Positions 1 through 11,950 of a stretch of DNA of 64,000 bases are shown one piece after another (positions within the stretch are counted from its first letter, which is position 1; each line of letters starts with the position of its first letter). The stretch comes from Camelus dromedarius. Its lineage: Eukaryota. The DNA is taken from positions 12,834,001 to 12,898,000 of the forward strand of contig NC_087436.1 in assembly GCF_036321535.1 (NCBI RefSeq). The letters run 5' to 3'. Position numbers and translations under genes: made by a program. A model generated the notes under the pieces. It searched no databases. It was not told the origin of the DNA and saw only the letters and a list, made by a program, of their open reading frames with translations.

Positions 1-676
1 CTCAGAGACTCCACTGAGCTAATTATGAGGGATTTTTTTTTAAATTTATTTAAAATATAGAGCCATATTATTTTTCTCATATCCTTTGAACTAAGTCTCA
101 TTAGGACTAGGAAACACTGGATTTGCCCTGGACAGGGCACCAAGTTTAGTGAAGCCCCAGCTCCTGAATCCTTACTTTGACTCTTTCTATACTTGGGAGG
201 CACTTGACTAAAGTTAATGGTGCGAGAGTAACTGGCAAGGGAGTGATCCTGTTGACCTAAAGAAAGCTCAGGAACAATTTCAGCTCTAGAGCTGGGAAGA
301 AAACCTTCTCAGTAAGACAATCTAAGAATATATTCACGTCCCCTGATTAAGGCTATAATGGAATAATTGGAATGTGATCAAAGTAATTGTCTTATCTCCT
401 AATCAAACCTTTAAAATTTGAAAGACACTTCTGCATTTATTTGGATTACTAATTGTTAGGAGGGCAATCTTAATTGGTATTCATGAATGACTGCAGGATA
501 TAACATTGGCCAAGTATCAAATGCCTAAGAGATTTGGAACTCACAAATTAAAAGTTCAGAGAACAAATTATTATAGAAGTAAAATGGGGAATATCTACCA
601 GTAAATTTCTTTCTTTTGCTGGCTATTGCAAAGGATCACTCAACAGCAACTTCAACATCCTTATGTGCTATTTCAG

Positions 677-822
677 ACAATGATAATACGTACAGCCAAG
701 TGTCAGAAGATCTGAGAAGCAAAATTGAGATCCTGAAGCGCAAAGTCATAGAACAAGTACAGCATATCCACCTTCTACAGAAAAATGTCAGGGATCAGCT
801 GATAGATATGAAACGACTGGAG
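677..822 (+). CDS. FGA: Fibrinogen alpha chain, exon 4 (coiled coil); exons 1-3 lie upstream of the window
   Basis: tttcag|AC...GAG|gtaagt, 146 nt; encodes [48 protein letters not shown]. Confidence 0.97.
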
Positions 823-1427
823 GTAAGTAACTTGGAGGCTCTCACCACAGATTTTCTTGGTTTTGAACAGCAGATAAAGGAAGGCAATAGTCATTCATTA
901 AATGCCTCCTATGGGTAGAGCAAAGTGTTACAGCTATCATCTACCTACAAAGTAGGTATTATTTCCCCGACTCTGTGGATGAAGAAGAAAGCTCAGAGAT
1001 ACTCAGTCAATTTCCCAAGGGCACATAAGATAGGAAATTTCATAAGCAAATATTCAGTTCCTCTTGTCTTATTCCAGCCTTGCTTGACCCTGACATTGAG
1101 GTGCCTCTGAGTCTTCAGCCTCAGTCTTACTGAGGATCCTGTCATTAGTGTTTCTTTTCAGAGGGAAGGCCACCTTACTCTTGATCTAGCCTAGGATAAA
1201 TCCTAGTAGCTCCCACTACTTATCCTGGCTAGCCTTACAGTACCCAACATCTCTTCCACTGAAGATACCACATTAATGGAAAATGCAGTATGGGTTAATA
1301 GGTCTCCAAGTCAAAGAAATGAAACTGGTTCCCCCAAAATAAGCGAACTCCTAAGAACTCAATAGACAGAGTTTACTTATTTATAGCTACCATTTTTTTT
1401 TCTTTATCTCTCTCCCCCTCTCTCTAG

Positions 1428-2891
1428 GTGGACATTGATATTAAGATCCGATCTTGCAAAGGGTCATGCAGTAGGGTTTTAGAACATAAGGTAGATCTGA
1501 AGGACTATGAAGATCAGCAGAAGCAACTCGAACAGGTTATTGGCATAAACTTACTTCCCTCTAGAGACAGGCAATACTTACCACTGATAAAAATGAACCC
1601 AGTTCCAAACTTGATTCCTGGAAATTTCAAGAGCCAACTTCAGGAGGCCCCTCCAGAGTGGAAGGCACTAATGGAAACACGGCAGCTAAAAATGGTGTTA
1701 GAGAGGTCTGGTGGAGCTGGGCATGCCAGAGGGGACTCTGTACCTCATGGAGCAGGATCAGTACCAGAAAGCCCCAGGAAGCCTGGAACTGGCAGTGCTG
1801 GAAGTGTGAGCCCTGGGAGCTATGGACCCGGAAGTGCCGGCGCTTGGACCCATGGAAGTCCTGAGCCCGGAAGTGCCGGCGCTTGGACCCATGGAAGTCC
1901 TGAGCCCGGAAGTGCCGGCGCTTGGACCCATGGAAGTCCTGAGCCCGGAAGTGCCGGCGCTTGGACCCATGGAAGTCCTCAGCCCGGAAGTGCCGGCGCT
2001 TGGACCCATGGAAGTCCTCAGCCCGGAAGTGCCGGCGCTTGGACCCATGGAAGTCCTGAGCCCGGAAGTGCCGGCGCTTGGACCCATGGAAGTCCTCAGC
2101 CCGGAAGTGCCGGCGCTTGGACCCATGGAAGTTCTGGGTCTCCTAGTTTTAGGCCAGATAGCTCAGGACATGGGCACACCAAGCCTTTCAACCCAGACTG
2201 GGGCACATTTAAAGAGGTGTCAGGAAGTGTAAGTCCAGGGACAAAGAAAGAATTCCACACAGGTAAACTGGTCACTTCTAAAGGAGATAAAGAGCTTCTG
2301 ATTAGTAATGAGAAGGTCGCCTCTGGTCACACAACCACCACTCGCCGTTCATGTTCCAGAATCGTTACAAAGACTGTTACAAACGCCGATGGTCGCACAG
2401 AAACCGTCAAAGAAGTGATAAACTCCGAAGACGGTTCTGACTGTGGTGACACAAGTTTAGACTTGCACCATGCTTTTCCTAGCAGGGGTAGCCTAGATGA
2501 GTTCTTTCATAGGCGCACTGATGAAGCGGCCTCAACTAGAGATACGTTCCCGGATTTCTTCAGCCCTGTGTTAAAAGAGATGGGCAGTAAGATAGGCTCA
2601 GAATTTGCCACTTCAGGCTTAGTAGACACCAGCTCTCACCACCCTGGTGTACCTGACTCGTCCTCCAGTGGTAAAACTTCAAGTCGCAAACAATTCGTTA
2701 CCAGTAGCATGACTATCAACAGAGGAGGCTCCACAACTGAAAGCAAGAGCTTTAAAATGGTAGATGAGGCAGAAAGTGAAGAGGATCTTGACTTCAAAGG
2801 AGCACACGCCAGCAAGAGAGTCCTTGCTAAACCTCGCTTTGGCAGAGGTATCCACACTTCTCCTTTGGGGAAGCCTTCCCTGACCCCCTAG
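1428..2891 (+). CDS. FGA: Fibrinogen alpha chain, exon 5 (alphaC connector and domain), ending at the stop of the common A-alpha isoform; internal alpha-E donor after 2847
   Basis: Polypyrimidine tract + ctag|[19 protein letters not shown]...[15 protein letters not shown]; alphaC Cys pair (RSCSR/SDCG); AGAG|gtatcc at 2847/2848. Confidence 0.98.
   Translation: MDIDIKIRSCKGSCSRVLEHKVDLKDYEDQQKQLEQVIGINLLPSRDRQYLPLIKMNPVPNLIPGNFKSQLQEAPPEWKALMETRQLKMVLERSGGAGHARGDSVPHGAGSVPESPRKPGTGSAGSVSPGSYGPGSAGAWTHGSPEPGSAGAWTHGSPEPGSAGAWTHGSPEPGSAGAWTHGSPQPGSAGAWTHGSPQPGSAGAWTHGSPEPGSAGAWTHGSPQPGSAGAWTHGSSGSPSFRPDSSGHGHTKPFNPDWGTFKEVSGSVSPGTKKEFHTGKLVTSKGDKELLISNEKVASGHTTTTRRSCSRIVTKTVTNADGRTETVKEVINSEDGSDCGDTSLDLHHAFPSRGSLDEFFHRRTDEAASTRDTFPDFFSPVLKEMGSKIGSEFATSGLVDTSSHHPGVPDSSSSGKTSSRKQFVTSSMTINRGGSTTESKSFKMVDEAESEEDLDFKGAHASKRVLAKPRFGRGIHTSPLGKPSLTP
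1827..2132 (+). repeat. Coding 39-bp (13-aa) tandem repeat, 7 full units + one 33-bp unit
   Basis: Unit cccggaagtgccggcgcttggacccatggaagtcct(g/c)ag starting at 1827, 1866, 1905, 1944, 1983, 2022, 2061, 2100. Confidence 0.98.
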
Positions 2892-3070
2892 ATTAAGTCC
2901 ACTACTGCAGTGTGCACCTGTAGCACCTTGCACTTCTTCCATAGCCCTTTATCACACTTTATTGAAATTACATGTTTTGTGTGAGACTGTAAGTTCCATG
3001 GGGGCAAGGACTTTGTGTATCCCGCTCGTCTCTGTATTCCCAAGTTCCTAGCAGTGCGGAGCCAACACAC

Positions 3071-3076
3071 AATAAA
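3071..3076 (+). terminator. FGA: Poly(A) signal for the A-alpha mRNA
   Basis: AATAAA 180 nt after the exon 5 stop. Confidence 0.7.
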
Positions 3077-3431
3077 TACGTGTTAAATGAACAAACAAAT
3101 GGTCCCTCTGGAACTCAATTGTAAGTTTATTTTGACCAGATTTTTTTACCATTCAAAATGTGCACTGCTGGAAATTGTCACCCAATTGGTTAATCATTAC
3201 TTTTAGTGTGTGTCTCAGTTGACATTGAGATCAGGTTAAAAACAAGTGATATTAGTACCAAATGTTGCTTAGCGATCTTTGCTGGTTACTTGCTATTAAT
3301 TGGTATGTGCAAGTAAAATTCCAAATTCATTGAGAAAAATCCCCCTTGCAATTTGTAGGTATAAATGCTACTGACTTGTGTTAAGTTCCATCCTGGTATA
3401 ACTGCATCCTTTCTCTATAAAGAGAAGGAAG

Positions 3432-3508
3432 ACAGGAAGGCAGGAAGCTAGGAAGGCAGGAAGGCAGGAAGGAAGGAAGGAAGGAAGGGAGGAAGGAAGG
3501 GAAAGAAA
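3432..3508. repeat. (GGAA)n/(GGAAGGCA)n purine-rich microsatellite in FGA intron 5
   Basis: Direct reading. Confidence 0.9.
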
Positions 3509-3601
3509 GCCAATATCTGCCTTCATTTAATCTGGGCCATGCCTAACTTTATAAAGTTAAATGAGAGTAACTTCCTCCAACCAGCTTAATTTTTTTTTTA
3601 G

Positions 3602-4311
3602 ACTGTGATGATGTCCTTCAAACACATCCTTCAGGTGCCCAAAGTGGCATTTTCAATATCCAGCTACCGGGATCCAGTAAGATTTTTTCTGTTTATTGCG
3701 ATCAAGAGACCGGTTTGGGAGGATGGCTTTTGATCCAGCAAAGAATGGATGGATCATTGAATTTTAACCGGACCTGGCAAGACTACAAGAGAGGTTTCGG
3801 CAGCCTGAATGACAAGGGAGAAGGAGAATTCTGGCTAGGCAACGAATACCTCCACTTATTAACCCTGAAGGGCTCCACCCTTCGGGTTGAATTGGAAGAC
3901 TGGGCTGGGAACACGGCTTATGCAGAGTATCACTTGAGGGTAGGCTCTGAGGCAGAAGGCTATGCCTTGCAGGTCTCCTCCTATGAGGGCACAGCAGGTG
4001 ATGCTCTGATTGAGGGCTCGGTAGAGGAAGGGACAGAGTACACGTCTCATGCCCACATGCAGTTCAGCACCTTCGACAGGGACGCAGACAAGTGGGAAGA
4101 GAACTGTGCGGAAGTCTACGGAGGAGGCTGGTGGTACAACAACTGCCAAGCGGCCAATCTCAATGGCATCTACTACCATGGGGGCTCCTATGACCCCAGA
4201 AACAACAGTCCCTATGAGATTGAGAATGGGGTGGTCTGGGTGCCCTTCAGAGGTGAGGATTATTCCCTCAGGGCCGTTCGCATGAAACTCCGGCCACTGG
4301 TGACGCAATAG
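3602..4311 (+). CDS. FGA: Fibrinogen alpha-E exon 6 (C-terminal fibrinogen-related domain; fibrinogen-420 isoform)
   Basis: tttttag|AC; joining to G2847 gives DCDDVLQTHPSGAQSGIF...GGWLLIQQRMDGSLNFNRTW...MKLRPLVTQ*; NRT sequon retained. Confidence 0.96.
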
Positions 4312-4485
4312 GCTGAAGGAGTGGAAGTGAGAGCGTTCTGTTTTCTTTGTTTAGTGAAGTGAGGGGAAAATAAGGACAAGATAGGAGTTGAGATTCTTTA
4401 CAACCTACTAAAAAATGCCCAGGTGCTATTTTATTATTCTTTGTACTGTAGCTAAATGTAACTGAGACATACTAGTGCTTAAAAC

Positions 4486-4491
4486 AATAAA
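4486..4491 (+). terminator. FGA: Poly(A) signal for the alpha-E mRNA
   Basis: AATAAA 175 nt after the exon 6 stop. Confidence 0.7.
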
Positions 4492-5063
4492 GTCATGTGA
4501 GTTTTTCATCTTTAAAATCACTCTGTGGGTTTTGAAATTTCTATTAAAATACACCAAGGGGCATTCATTACATTGGAAGAGGGAGTCGGTCAGAGGGTCC
4601 TCTCTACAGTACTTAAGAATGTCGTTTTGAGAGCTTCTCCATTGCCCACACCACCTAAAGTCATAGGGTCATTATCAAGTAAAAAAATAATTTTATCCAT
4701 TCTGCTTGATTAGTCTTAAACCAATATCTTAAGTTACATGTCACTGAATTGAACATCGGCTGGCCTTTGTATAGGAATTTACAAATTACTGCCTTCACCA
4801 CTTCTGTTACGAAGTGAATCGAGCAAGGCAGGAGAAGTGTTCTTTCCTAACAGAAATAGAAATCAATTTTTAAATCTTCTAATGAAGACCATAATACACA
4901 TTTAATTTTCCTCCAGAATCTAACCAATTGCTTTCAAACATACATGGAAAAAAGTATTTAAAATCTTTTAAATATTTACAAATTTTCCCAAAACACTGAA
5001 TTTACACATTAATTAAAAAACCCCCACAGCATTTTGTTTTGTTCTGTTTTGCCTCTAGTGCTC

Positions 5064-5138
5064 TTTATTATTTTTTATTGAAGTATGGTTGATTTACAAT
5101 GATGTGTTAGTTTCAGGTGTACAGCCAAGTGATTCAGC

Positions 5139-5178
<40 letters not shown>

Positions 5179-5841
5179 TATATATACACACATGTATGTA
5201 CATACATATATTTATACACACATATATATCTACCTTTTCAGATTCTTTTTCATTATAGGTTATTACAAGATATTGAATATAGTTCCCTGTTCTATAGCAT
5301 AGGACCTTGCTTATCTGTTTTATATACAGTAGTTTGTATCTGCTAATCCCAAACTCCTAATTTATCCCTTCCCACCACTCTTTCCCCTTTGGTAACCATC
5401 AGTTTGTTTTCTATGTCTATGTGTCTGTTTCTGTTTTATAAATGAGTTCGTTTGTCTCATTTTTTCAGATTCCACATATAAATGATATCACATGGTATTT
5501 GTTTTTCTCTGTCTAACTCCACTTATTATGACAATCTCTAGGTCCATCCATGTTGCTGCAAATGGCACTATTTCATTCTTTTTTATGACTGAGTAATATA
5601 TATATATATAAAAGCACATCTTTATTCAGTCATCTGTAGGTGGATATTTAGGTTGCTTCCACGTCTTGGCTATTGTAAATAGTGCTACCATGAACATTGG
5701 GGTGCATGTATCTTTCCAAATTAGAGTTTTCTCCAGATACATGCCCAGGAGTGGAACTGCTGGCTTATATGGCAACTCTAATTTTAGTTTTTTAAGGGCT
5801 CTCCTTACTGTTTTCCATAGTGGCAGCACCAAATTACATTC
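5064..5841 (-). mobile_element. 5'-truncated LINE-1 (3' UTR + ORF2 C-terminus) with internal (TA/CA)n expansion
   Basis: Poly(T) head, ttgaagtat...tttacaat L1 3' end; minus-strand ORF 5626-5880 has ORF2-like LKKLKLELPYKPAVPLLGMY...[20 protein letters not shown]. Confidence 0.9.
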
Positions 5842-5999
5842 AACAATAGTCAATATTAGCAGCATCATAATTGGAAACACAGTTTGGTTGCAAGACGAGA
5901 CACCAAATGTCTCTTTTCTACTTTATCGTATCTTTAATCTGTTGCCCTATTTCCCTTATTCCAGCAATTAAGTATTAGTTCAGCCTCTCTGACTTTCAT

Positions 6000-7640
6000 C
6001 CACATGGAAGCCCACCTTAACTCAGCTTTCACTTGGTTACCACTCTCTTGAAATTGTTCTCTTAGAGTCAGCAGGAGCTTTGGAGCTATGAATTCAAGGT
6101 CCTTTATTCGAGCCCCCTGTTGCCTGACCTCTTGCAAAAACTTACATTGTCTCCATTTACCTCTTCAAGAGGTATTTTTCTCTGGGTTTCTGGTATCCCA
6201 CACCCACCTGTCTCACCTTTCTCAGTCTTTGTAAGCGGCACTTCCTTCTCTGACCACTCCTTGAATGTAGGAGTTTCTCATTACAATGACATTAGGACTC
6301 ATTTTTATTAGTTGGGATTAGATTTGACACATGTGGCTTAAATAAGACAGAAAACCCCACAGGAATATGTCCCCATGGTGTCTTTAGGAAGCCAATGTCT
6401 TAAGCAATAGCTTCCACCCTCAAGTTTACATCACAGCCCAAACATCCTGGGCAATTTGAAAAGAGAGACAGAAGAGAAAGACATACTTGTCCCTTTTAAG
6501 GAACTTTCCTGGATGTTCCATGTGGCACTTCCACTATGTCTCATAAGCCACACAGACAGACCTTGCTGCAGGAGGCACGGGACGCCTTGCCTTCCACTTA
6601 GACACAAGGCTATCCTGATGAAAATTAGGGTTCTGTTAACGAGAAGGAGAGGGAGGGTTGAGGTTGAGGGAAGCGGTTAGCAGTTATAGCCAAGCCATCT
6701 TCTCTCTCTCTGCAAGTGAGTGTGCTTTCTTCTTGGATGATTCGATGATCTCCACAGCTCCAGTTTCCATCAACAGGCTGATGAGAACGAGCCTAATCGA
6801 AAACTTCAGCCCTGACCTTCAGATCCACATTTTCAACTCCTACTGATCACATCCAGGTAGATATCTCTCATTAATCTAAGATGAACTAACTAGCTTCCCA
6901 TCAAATCTGTTGTGTCTTCTCTGTTTCTCACCCTGGTCAGAGGCTGTATTTCCTAATCTAGAAAACTCAGGCTCCTTCTCAGCTTCCACTTTTCCTTCAA
7001 TTTCATCATCCAATCTACTCCCAAAACATATTCTACCCTAAAAATGGCCATTCTTCCAACACTTTTGTCCTCTGATGCTATCTTGTGTTACTCTTTTCTC
7101 ATTTGGGCTGTTTAACAGTCTCTTAACCTCTCGCTTTACCACTATTGATTTACTCATTCATTCTCCACAAAGTTACCTTTAAAAAAATAGGTCACATCTT
7201 TCTCCTGCTTAAGGTCTTATCTTTAGGTTGAGTTAACACTTCTTATCTTTGTATAACAAGCTGCTTCACCAATTGATCTCTTTTCAGCCTCTACAATCAT
7301 TCACATTACACTTCAGTTACAGTGCATTTCTCAACGGTACTGGAAAACCAGTTTCTATAATGACTCCGTGTCTTTCCCAAGCTGCCAGGAAGCCTCGCCT
7401 TCATCCCTGAAAATGTAGCTCAGTAATTAATGTTCCTTCTGGGAACCCTCCCTTAAAGCCCACTACAGAACATGGGACCAGGAACTGTTCCCTGGGCCCT
7501 TGGAATTCTTGTTCATATCTCAAAAATAGCACAATCAGTCCCTAACTAAAAAAACAATTTTGTCTATGTTATTACGGCACTAGATTGTAAGTTCCTTTAG
7601 GCCAGAGCTCATTTATGTAGTATTTCCTGCCGTATGAATG
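6000..7640. mobile_element. Degenerate old repeats (L2-like fragments interrupted by a probable MaLR/MLT LTR at ~6310-6670)
   Basis: Pyrimidine-rich L2-like motifs (tagattgtaagttcct...); recognised by eye only. Confidence 0.4.
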
Positions 7641-10600
7641 AATGTCTCACTTACTCCCTGATTGTTCAGATGAGTTTGTAAAGTTTCTTTAAATATTTTT
7701 ACTGTTTTCTTCTTTTACATTTAAATATTTAGTTAACTTAGAATTCATTTTAATATGTTACAAAGAAGGTCTCCTTTTGTTTTCTTGTGGGTTGATAGCC
7801 AGTTACACTGTGGTCATTTATTAAAGCATTCTTTGCTGGAGGAAGTGACATGGCAATTTTGTTGAATAAAACATTCTCTGGCTTTATAGCTAAACTCTCT
7901 CCAGAGCTTACACCGCTCTGCTCACGCTTTAAAGTAGAGCTTTCGAATGAAGCAGTCTCCTTCTTACCTTTCACTTTTTCTCTTTTTGTCTAGAAAGATT
8001 CTAATTTCAATTTTTACTTCTTTTGTTTGCCCTGGGGTCTATTTAGGAAAGTCTTTCTTAATTCTCAGTTAGTTACTTTTTTAGGGGGTTAGGGTGAGCT
8101 ATCTTTTTTTTCCTTAACCCTGACCTCATGTGGAATTGGTGAGTCATCTTTTAATTATTAATTTCCAAGAGGTTTAAAACTATTTAGTTTAATTCTTTCA
8201 CTCCATTTTAGAAATAAGATATTCTTTGTGGACAAGTACATGATTAATGTTTGTGATCGTTTCATAGGCAAAAAGAAGAATGTATATTTTTACATTTATA
8301 GGTTACAAAATTTTATATTACCAAGCTTGTCAATGGTAATATTTAAATATTCTATGTCTTTTCTTTTATGTAATTGATCTATTACATTTTGAAATGTGCG
8401 CATGTATATATGAACATACGTTTACATGTACATACATGTTTGTATGTGTGGTCTGCATGTATATAATAAGGTCTCACTCAATGGTTTTGCATATATGTGT
8501 TATCTTTTTGTGTTCTAGTAATTTTGTTTCATGTGATTGACTCTTTTATTATCTAGTACATGAAAGTTTATGCCTGTTATAACTTCTCCATGGACTATAC
8601 TTTTTATCATCACATAATATCTCTCTTTTACTTATTTCATCCTTTTAAAATTGAATTCCACCTGGTCAGATATTAATATTGTCATTACTCCCAATTTCTT
8701 TTTCTTTACATTTGCCTGATATCTTTACAGGTCATTTTATTTTTAACATTACTTTATCACCTTTTTAGAAGACTTTCCTGAAATGATAAATACATTTTTA
8801 AATAGCTTTTAAAATTTTATTGTTGTTTCCCCATCCTTAATTTTTTGCATGTTGTTCCTTTATTTCCAAACTTTCTTTATCACTCAATTTAGAAGATTTT
8901 CTTACACGTGATGAATTTTTTAAAAACACTTTCATTTTACATTTACTTTGAAATCTTTTTTTTGTTTGTTTCTTCTTTTTTTAACTTCTGCTCACTGACT
9001 CATGGTGCTCCTTCCCTTCCAGCCCCCCTCAAAAAAAACAAAAAACCCTCTTAATCTGCAAATTCTATTTAGGTTATACATTTCAAAATGACCTCTGGTT
9101 GAGTGAATGAATGAATAAATGAATAAAACAGATAAGAATCTGAAAGTTTTGCCAGGAAGGTACTGGTTTTTAAATGTTTCTGCTTCAGAGGCAAACGCTG
9201 AATTAGAGATTTTGGTCTTGAGTAAGAAATGTAAAAAACCAATCAGCTATCTCTTAATTTCACACCTAGATAGATCCACAGCTCCATCTTTCAGCCTCTA
9301 GTCATCCTTAGTGCCCTCCTTTTGCATGCCATGGGACCTGGGAAACCTAAGTACTCTTTCTTAAGTGCAGAATCTGTATTTTTTTTTCCTCAGTACGTCA
9401 TTCAAAATCTGTCACAAAGTAATAACCCAATAAAATCTTCGTCAATTCAAGAAATTTAAGAGGAACTTTAAAGATCATCCATGTCATCCCCCTACTAAAT
9501 ACATAAATCCCTTCTGTATCTGTTGATGTCATATTCAACTTTTATTAAAAGAAATTACTTAAATTTTGATTCATGTATTCATTCTAGTTACATATTTACT
9601 TTCAGTTTCTGGAAACCTTTTAGAATAAAGTATTACTCTTCCAGAAAATGTAATATAAGAATGTTTTTAATTGATCATCATTAGAGTTCCTTTAATAAAG
9701 ATGAGTACATTCTATATGCTGACTTTCTTTGATGAGAAAGCAATAGTTTAGGGGGGTTCACAGCGTGATGATAAGGAGCACCTCTAGGACTGACGCTCAC
9801 AGCAGTGTTCTTCCAGGCTCTCGCCACCTGCTTTCCCCACAGAACTTATTATAAGTTCTAGGATAATGACAGTGTGGTTCATAGATAAACATGAGAATAT
9901 TGCATATAGCATTTAATTCTAATTATTCTCCCAGTAGTATTACTGATCTAATTATACGCTGTCATGGGTTCCCATTATAACCAACAAAATACATTTCCGA
10001 TTTAGTTAGCTGACACTAGGGGTGCAGCTGGTGAATCAGAACAAGACCAAGCCAGCCAAATTCATTATTAATCTCAAACCATGTCTAGAAAAGCCTGAAA
10101 AAAAAAACCCACCATATTAATACAAGTACACACAGGATGCAAAACTCGTAAGCTAAGTATTTGTCATACTTGAACAAAGGAATACATCATTTACTGTTTG
10201 CTGAAACAGCTTGAAAAAATAGCAACATTTAGATGTCGGTACAGATTATACAAATTGCTTGTAGGTAATGAAATTTACACAGAAACCATTTTGGAGATAT
10301 TTTATTTATGTATTCATGCATTTATTAACTCACTTATATCCTCTTTTTGATTGAATCCCAAATACTTTATAAATCTCATTTATGGAGAAAAATCTTTAAT
10401 TAATTGCAAGTGATGGTAGTAGGAGCCTTAAATATCACAAATGGGAGTAATATGGTGAGGAGTTTGCATCGTGAGGACATTCAAATTAATTCTCATATGA
10501 GAGAGCTGGACATTGTATTTTCAATATCCACATAGTAAAAGCAACACTTTGAAACCACAGAGGCAAGAAAATTTAAGATAACCTGCCAGATCTGAGCTGA

Positions 10601-11099
10601 GAAATACTCAGCTATTAAACTGTGGGCTCCCTATTCATCAGTTCTTTGCTAAAGGTGGCTCCACGCTGATTGCAACAGAGCACTCTGGAAAATATTTGCT
10701 AACTCCGCCTTCGGCTCTATCTACGATAGGTCTATGACCTCAAGGTTGCATGCCTACACAAGCTCTTACAAAACTGCATTAAAAGTGTCTCCTTTTGAGA
10801 GATAAAGTGAATGTAGTAAACAATTGGTAAATCTAGGTGAAGGGCATGGAGGTATTCATTAAACTGTTCTTGGAATTTTTCTGTAAGACTGAAAGTTTTC
10901 AAAATAAGAAGTTGTTGGAGAAATAAAGATAATTCAGTCTAAAGACAAGACAAAAGAATGTATTACCTGCTGGTCACATCTTGGTTGGGAGATGAGAAAG
11001 GGTACAGTGGTTAATATTAGGACCAATTAAGACTATTTGCATAAGCATATGACTCTCCCAGTCTAATCACCTAGGAAATAAAGTATTTTAAAAAACGGG

Positions 11100-11950
11100 G
11101 GGTAATATCATGTCTCTGATTGCTCCTACATACACAAAGAATGGTTATAAACGTATATAAAAGATGATTATGCTAATAGAAAACTGGGGGAAGGACATGA
11201 AAAGAAACTCTCAAAAGAAAGTAGACAAGTGGTTATTAAACATTTTAAAATCTCTTAGTTGCACTAATAATTAAAGATATGAAAATGAAAGCAATTATCA
11301 ATATTTTCATCATAACATTCAGCATTCATGAGGGAGAAGAAAAATATAAAAAGCGAACACCTCTGATTCTGTGTGCCAAAGGGAAACTGATACAATCGTT
11401 ATTTTTGTTTGGCAAATTGTTTGACAGTTGTTTGACAAATATATTTATTTAAAAAGCTTTTAAAATGCCAAAACTCTTTCTTTTCTCTCGAAATTCTGCT
11501 TCTAAAAATTTATTCTAGGAGGAAATAGACAATAAGCTACATTATAGATAATACAATACAGATTATATATGTGCCAAAATATGTAGAAGGATGTTAATTG
11601 CAATATTGTCTTTATTAGAACAAAGTCATAAAAATCTAAATGTCCAATGACAGAGACTAGGCTAAAAAAGTTAGAGTACATGGCACATGATGGAATTTCT
11701 ATGGCCATTAAAAAGCATGTTATGAGAAAATAATATTATAGAAGAACATTAAGTGACATGGAAAATTTTCCACGACACAATGTGAAAAATTCAAGTACTA
11801 AAACATATACAGGATAACAAGAAAAATATATGTCAAGATATTAGCTGCTTCCCTTTTAGTGCTGAAATTATAAGCAGATGTGCTTCTCTTCTGTATTCCC
11901 CAAAATGTCTGCAAATAACATACACTACTTTCATTATTTAAAACCACAAT
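11100..11950 (+). mobile_element. Old L1 (L1M-type) 3' remnant
   Basis: A-rich degenerate ORF2/3' UTR motifs (aaatgtccaatgacagaga, ggaatttctatggccattaaaa). Confidence 0.55.

Noticed and set aside
1827..2132. CRISPR-like regular repeat
   Set aside because: No spacers, eukaryotic, in-frame coding repeat
1758..2232. Alternative-frame and antisense ORFs with repeated peptides ([26 protein letters not shown])
   Set aside because: By-products of a stop-free 39-bp tandem repeat within FGA exon 5
3859..4308. 149-aa antisense ORF
   Set aside because: Shadow of FGA exon 6; no independent promoter, splice or homology evidence
10011..10030. CTCF-like tgacactaggggtgcagc (also weak hits near 9820, 10965, 18672)
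   Set aside because: Need a gap or several core mismatches; not supportable without a matrix scan
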